From Mycoplasma sp. CAG:472 (GTDB lineage: Bacteria > Bacillota_I > Bacilli_A > RF39 > UBA660): a stretch of DNA of 64,000 nucleotides. The notes below the pieces were generated by a model, which saw only the letters and a program-made list of their open reading frames with translations, was not told the origin of the DNA and ran no database searches. This document shows, piece after piece, positions 60,531 to 64,000 of this stretch. The stretch lies in contig FR899415.1 in NCBI GenBank assembly GCA_000437315.1, positions 23,713 through 87,712 of the forward strand, written 5' to 3'. Each line of letters starts with the position of its first letter. Position 1 is the first letter of the stretch. The translations under genes and the position numbers were made by a program.

Positions 60531-60728
60531 ATATATCTTTATATCATTAAGTAAATATTCTTTACCTAGTGTATGAAGTAATTCATAATTTTTTTCCAAA
60601 TAAGAAAAGACATCATACTTAGTAAATAAATCGTATGCTTCTTTTCCAGATAAATTATTTTTTAGTTTATATTCTTCGAGTAAAAAAATTACAAAATCAT
60701 TTAATTTCTTATCAATCTCTTGGCGCAT
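60513..60728 (-). CDS. DUF3791-like protein (71 aa)
   Basis: VIFLLEEYKLKNNLSGKEAYDLFTKYDVFSYLEKNYELLHTLGKEYLLNDIKIYI fits the DUF3791 pattern. Confidence 0.5.
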   Translation of the reverse strand: MRQEIDKKLNDFVIFLLEEYKLKNNLSGKEAYDLFTKYDVFSYLEKNYELLHTLGKEYLLNDIKIYIQNRC

Positions 60729-60966
60729 TTAAAACTCCTGTTTCTATTTCCCCTTTTAGCATATCAAATAGCATAAAATAACTAAAATACCACATTTTTG
60801 TATTTTCTTTTTCAAGCATTGTATATAACTTTGAATTATAAAGTATTTCTCTTGCTTTTTTATAAGATACTTTATAATAATTAACTATTTCATCGCAAAT
60901 TGAACTTACTTTTGGAACTAAATATAAAGAAAACTCTTTATTACTCATAATCTTCCTCCAATGCAT
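60712..60966 (-). CDS. DUF3791-like protein (84 aa)
   Basis: Second small helical protein of similar pattern (FSLYLVPKVSSICDEIVNYYKVSYKKAREILYNSKLYTMLEKENTKMWYFSYFMLFDMLKGEI). Confidence 0.45.
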   Translation of the reverse strand: MHWRKIMSNKEFSLYLVPKVSSICDEIVNYYKVSYKKAREILYNSKLYTMLEKENTKMWYFSYFMLFDMLKGEIETGVLNAPRD

Positions 60967-61438
60967 ATGTGCAAATATATTTTAAATACTTTAAGGATTT
61001 TTCAGTATGAAAGGAAATTTGATTAGAAAGTTTATATGTTTTTAATCTTTCAATAGTTTCTTTATAAGTTAGTACTCCACTATCATATAAATCTAAAACT
61101 TTGTATAATGTATCGTCAGCTACTGGTCCCATAACAACATCATATTCATGAGTAAAGTTATCATCTTTTCTATTAGCATAAACAAAATCAAGCCATTTTT
61201 CTGACGCAGTTAAAAAATTTAAAACATTTAAGTCATTATCTTCATTATATTCAAATTCATTTACATATCTAAAAATTAATTTATCTGAATTTATTCTAGA
61301 TTTTTTTACAAAAGTCCATTTTACTGCTTGATCATAATCAGTTGTAGTATAAAAACCTTTACCAAAATCAGTCTTATTATTAAGTAATTCAAAATCTGGA
61401 ACTACTACAGGTGATAAACTTCCATGAAATAATTGCAC
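60941..61438 (-). CDS. DUF3990-family protein
   Basis: LFHGSLSPV...DFGKGFYTTTDYDQAVKWT. Paralog of 56508..57044. Confidence 0.6.
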   Translation of the reverse strand: MQLFHGSLSPVVVPDFELLNNKTDFGKGFYTTTDYDQAVKWTFVKKSRINSDKLIFRYVNEFEYNEDNDLNVLNFLTASEKWLDFVYANRKDDNFTHEYDVVMGPVADDTLYKVLDLYDSGVLTYKETIERLKTYKLSNQISFHTEKSLKYLKYICTYALEEDYE

Positions 61439-61478
61439 ATTAATCCCTCCATATATATTTTATCATAATTTTATTATC

Positions 61479-61508
61479 AAAAAAAGATGCCTTAGCATCT
61501 ATTTTGAA
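61479..61508 (-). terminator. Rho-independent terminator of htpG, copy 2 of the 28-bp repeat
   Basis: Identical AAAAAGATGCCTTAGCATCTATTTTGAA. Overlaps the htpG stop. Confidence 0.6.
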
Positions 61509-63382
61509 AGAAGTTCACATACTAAATTAGAAAGTTCTGTTGGATTATCAATAGGAAGTCCTTCGATTAATTTACTTTGAGCATATAAAACTTTAGTATA
61601 TTTTTCAAACTGCTTTTCATTATCTTTATATAATTCTTTTAATTTAGCAAGTATTGGATGACTATCATTTATTTCAAGTGTTAATGATGAAGATACTTTT
61701 TCACTGTTTGGCATAGCATTAATTACTTTTTCCATTTGAGTTGAAATAGCACCGTTACTTGTTAAACAAACTGGATGATTTTTAAGTTTATCAGTAATTT
61801 TTACATCACTTACTTTATCCTTTAAAATATCTTTCATTTTAGATAGCATATCTTTACTTTCTTCATTTAATTTAGAAAGTTCTTCTTTTTCATCCTTAGT
61901 ATCTAAATCAAGGGATGAATCACATACATTTTTAAATGTTTTTTCCATAAAAGTATTTATAGCTCCAATTGTAAATTCATCAGCATAATCAGTTAAATAT
62001 AAAATATCAAAATCTTTTTCTTTAACCATTTCCACTTGAGGTAATAAATCAATTTTTTCTACAGTTTCACCACAAGCATAATAAATCTCTTTTTGATCAT
62101 TTTTCATAGAATCTACATACTCTTTTAGAGTAATAAAATCTTTTTTCTTAGAACTATAAAAGATTAATAAATCAAGTACTTTATCTTTATTTATACCATA
62201 GCTTCCATAAATACCAAATTTAATTTGATTACCAAAATCCTTAAAGAATTTTTTATAGCCCTCAAAGTCCTTAGTAAGAAGTTCTATTAAAGCAGAATGG
62301 ATTTTAGTTTCTATTCCTTTTGCAATTCCAAGAACATGTCTATCATTTTGAAGTGTTTCACGAGATATATTTAAAGGTATATCATCAGTATCAACTACTC
62401 CCTTTACAAAAGAGTAATAATCAGGAAGTAATTTTTCACATTTATCCATAATTAGTACACCATTTGTATAAAGTTCTAATCCTTTTTTATATTCTTTATA
62501 ATAATAATCAAATGGAGCATGTGATGGAATAAATAATAGTGCTTTATAATTTTCTAAACCTTCAGCATTATAATGAATTACTTTTAAAGGTTTTTCATAG
62601 TCAGAAAATTTTGATGTATAAAAGTTATTATATTCTTCCTCAGTTATATCTTTCTTATCTTTTTTCCATAAAGGTTTCATTGAATTTAAAGTTTGAACTT
62701 CAGTATAAGTTTCATATTCATCTTTAGTTCCCTCTTTTAAACGAGAATTCTCTACTTCCATCATAATAGGGTATTTTATGTAATCACTATACTTTTTAAT
62801 TAGATTTCTTATAGTGTATTCTTCCATAAAATCAGAATATTTTTCATCTTCAGTATCATCTTTTAAATAAAGAATAATATCTGTACCATTTTCTTTTTTT
62901 GTAGCCTTACCAATAGTGTAACCCTCTACGCCTTCACTAGTCCAAATATATGAATCATCACTACCAATCTTTTTAGAAATAACTTCAACTTTTTTAGATA
63001 CCATAAATGCTGAATAAAAACCTACACCAAATTGTCCAATTATTTCACTATCTTTACTATCAGGATTTTCCTCTTTAAATCTAAGTGAACCACTTTCTGC
63101 TATTGTACCAAGAGATTTATCAAGTTCTTCTTCATCCATACCAATACCATTATCTGAAATAGTAATTGTCCTATCACTTTTATTTACAGAAATAAATATT
63201 TTAAAATCTGATGGATTAATATTAAGTTTTGCATCTTTAGATTTTTCAAAAGCAAGCTTATCAATAGCATCACTTGCATTAGATATAAGTTCTCTTAAAA
63301 ATATTTCCTTATTTGTATAAATTGAGTTAATCATTAAATCAAGTACTCTTTTACTTGATGACTTAAATTCTTTCTTTTTCAT
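61499..63382 (-). CDS. htpG: molecular chaperone HtpG (Hsp90 family)
   Basis: Hsp90 signature NKEIFLRELISNASDAIDK, GHKL ATPase motifs (GQFGVGFYS). Likely start MKKKEF. Confidence 0.92.
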   Translation of the reverse strand: MKKKEFKSSSKRVLDLMINSIYTNKEIFLRELISNASDAIDKLAFEKSKDAKLNINPSDFKIFISVNKSDRTITISDNGIGMDEEELDKSLGTIAESGSLRFKEENPDSKDSEIIGQFGVGFYSAFMVSKKVEVISKKIGSDDSYIWTSEGVEGYTIGKATKKENGTDIILYLKDDTEDEKYSDFMEEYTIRNLIKKYSDYIKYPIMMEVENSRLKEGTKDEYETYTEVQTLNSMKPLWKKDKKDITEEEYNNFYTSKFSDYEKPLKVIHYNAEGLENYKALLFIPSHAPFDYYYKEYKKGLELYTNGVLIMDKCEKLLPDYYSFVKGVVDTDDIPLNISRETLQNDRHVLGIAKGIETKIHSALIELLTKDFEGYKKFFKDFGNQIKFGIYGSYGINKDKVLDLLIFYSSKKKDFITLKEYVDSMKNDQKEIYYACGETVEKIDLLPQVEMVKEKDFDILYLTDYADEFTIGAINTFMEKTFKNVCDSSLDLDTKDEKEELSKLNEESKDMLSKMKDILKDKVSDVKITDKLKNHPVCLTSNGAISTQMEKVINAMPNSEKVSSSLTLEINDSHPILAKLKELYKDNEKQFEKYTKVLYAQSKLIEGLPIDNPTELSNLVCELLSK

Positions 63383-63450
63383 TATTTTCATCTCCAAGAA
63401 TGTTATACCACATAAAAATAGCACTTGTCAAGTTAAAGTGCTATTAATTA

Positions 63451-64000
63451 TTAACTTACAACATACACATCATTATATGTTCCATTGCCCGATAACTTGA
63501 CTTTAGAGGATAGAGAAACAACAGGGCGAACACCACGAACGTAATAGACATCGTTACTGCCCAGATCGCCACCACCGCCCACACGGAACTCAATCGAACT
63601 ACTACCAAAGAAATCATAAGGGGAGCCCGCCCAATAATAATCTCTAGTATATAAATAAAAACTATTATTTGCTCTTCCTGCCGGTAATCCAGCAAAAGTT
63701 ATTTCATCCACTGATATTAATCCCACTGGATAAGATAACTTACCATTACCCTTGGCTGTTGTTGTTGTAAACTTATCACTGGCTACTGGACATTTGTAAT
63801 CAGGTGACACCGGATTATTCCACACTCTACCATTCGCTCCATAATAATAATTCGTTCCCGTTGAATTCCAACTTGTTAAGGTTGTATAATTTGTAGTTGA
63901 ATATGCTACATCTGTAGTTGATGCTGTTCTATCATTACAATATATTTGATCCGTTATTTTTGTTCCTGTTTTATTTAAATCTGTATAGTTTGCATACCAA
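63451..64000 (-). CDS. C-terminal part of a Gly/Tyr/Thr-rich probable surface or secreted protein (continues beyond window end)
   Basis: Open frame to the window edge (...YCNDRTASTTDVAYSTTNYTTLTSWNSTGTNYYYGANGRVWNNPVSPDYKCP...YYWAGSPYDFFGSS...GVRPVVSLSSKVKLSGNG). GC content is much higher than the surroundings. Confidence 0.55.
   Translation of the reverse strand, partial: WYANYTDLNKTGTKITDQIYCNDRTASTTDVAYSTTNYTTLTSWNSTGTNYYYGANGRVWNNPVSPDYKCPVASDKFTTTTAKGNGKLSYPVGLISVDEITFAGLPAGRANNSFYLYTRDYYWAGSPYDFFGSSSIEFRVGGGGDLGSNDVYYVRGVRPVVSLSSKVKLSGNGTYNDVYVVS

Noticed and set aside
60513-60966. Overlapping ORFs 60513..60728 and 60712..60966 as one frameshifted pseudogene
   Set aside because: Each ORF alone has the size and helical pattern of a complete DUF3791-like protein, and tandem DUF3791 genes next to DUF3990 are plausible. 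Two intact genes with a 17-nt overlap is the simpler reading.

Overview
This is a very AT-rich (roughly 27% GC), standard-genetic-code bacterial chromosome segment, probably from a low-GC Firmicute of the Clostridia type. The evidence is a SpoVD/FtsI-like PBP, a SEDS protein, DUF3990/DUF3791 cassettes, a ybxB-rpoB-rpoC arrangement and a T-box leader.

Recognisable core genes:
- rpoC (partial), rpoB and a ybxB-like methyltransferase.
- A truncated division/cell-wall block: PBP then mraY directly, with no murE/murF.
- NUDIX hydrolase, rarA-gpsA, cls, dxs and tcdA.
- A T-box-controlled hisS-asnS-aspS-gatCAB operon.
- trxA, a cvpA-like gene, rnhC, a holA-like gene, two FAD flavoproteins and htpG.

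Lineage-specific or accessory content between these blocks:
1. A tandem array of four large paralogous ORFs (720-777 aa, no signal peptide) of unknown family, plus a small membrane coiled-coil protein that has a second copy 45 kb away.
2. A toxin-antitoxin patch: an intact dinJ-yafQ module beside what looks like a decayed hicAB module with operator-like direct repeats.
3. A cysteine-rich 145-aa protein and a Tyr/Gly-rich 70-aa protein, both preceded by CATAnnnTA (sigma-K-like) motifs and so possibly spore coat proteins.
4. A seven-gene array mixing four paralogs of an unknown roughly 240-aa family with two paralogous HExxH (zincin-like) proteins. Its promoter/5'-UTR and a bidirectional terminator are each duplicated nearly identically.
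5. A translationally coupled operon of a membrane-anchored serpin and a HerA/FtsK-type (DUF87) ATPase, followed by a small membrane protein.
6. Two tandem YhcG/DUF1016 PD-(D/E)XK nuclease paralogs whose about 210-nt N-terminal module occurs three times, with 27-nt perfect palindromes of different sequence at homologous coding positions.
7. Two DUF3990/DUF3791 cassettes, one flanked by identical 28-bp terminator copies.
8. A promoter-to-ORF leader of about 290 nt with a GC hairpin and U-tract upstream of tcdA-dxs, a candidate riboswitch or attenuator.

The final 550 nt (partial minus-strand gene) has markedly higher GC than the rest. I found no rRNA or tRNA genes, no CRISPR array and no transposase.
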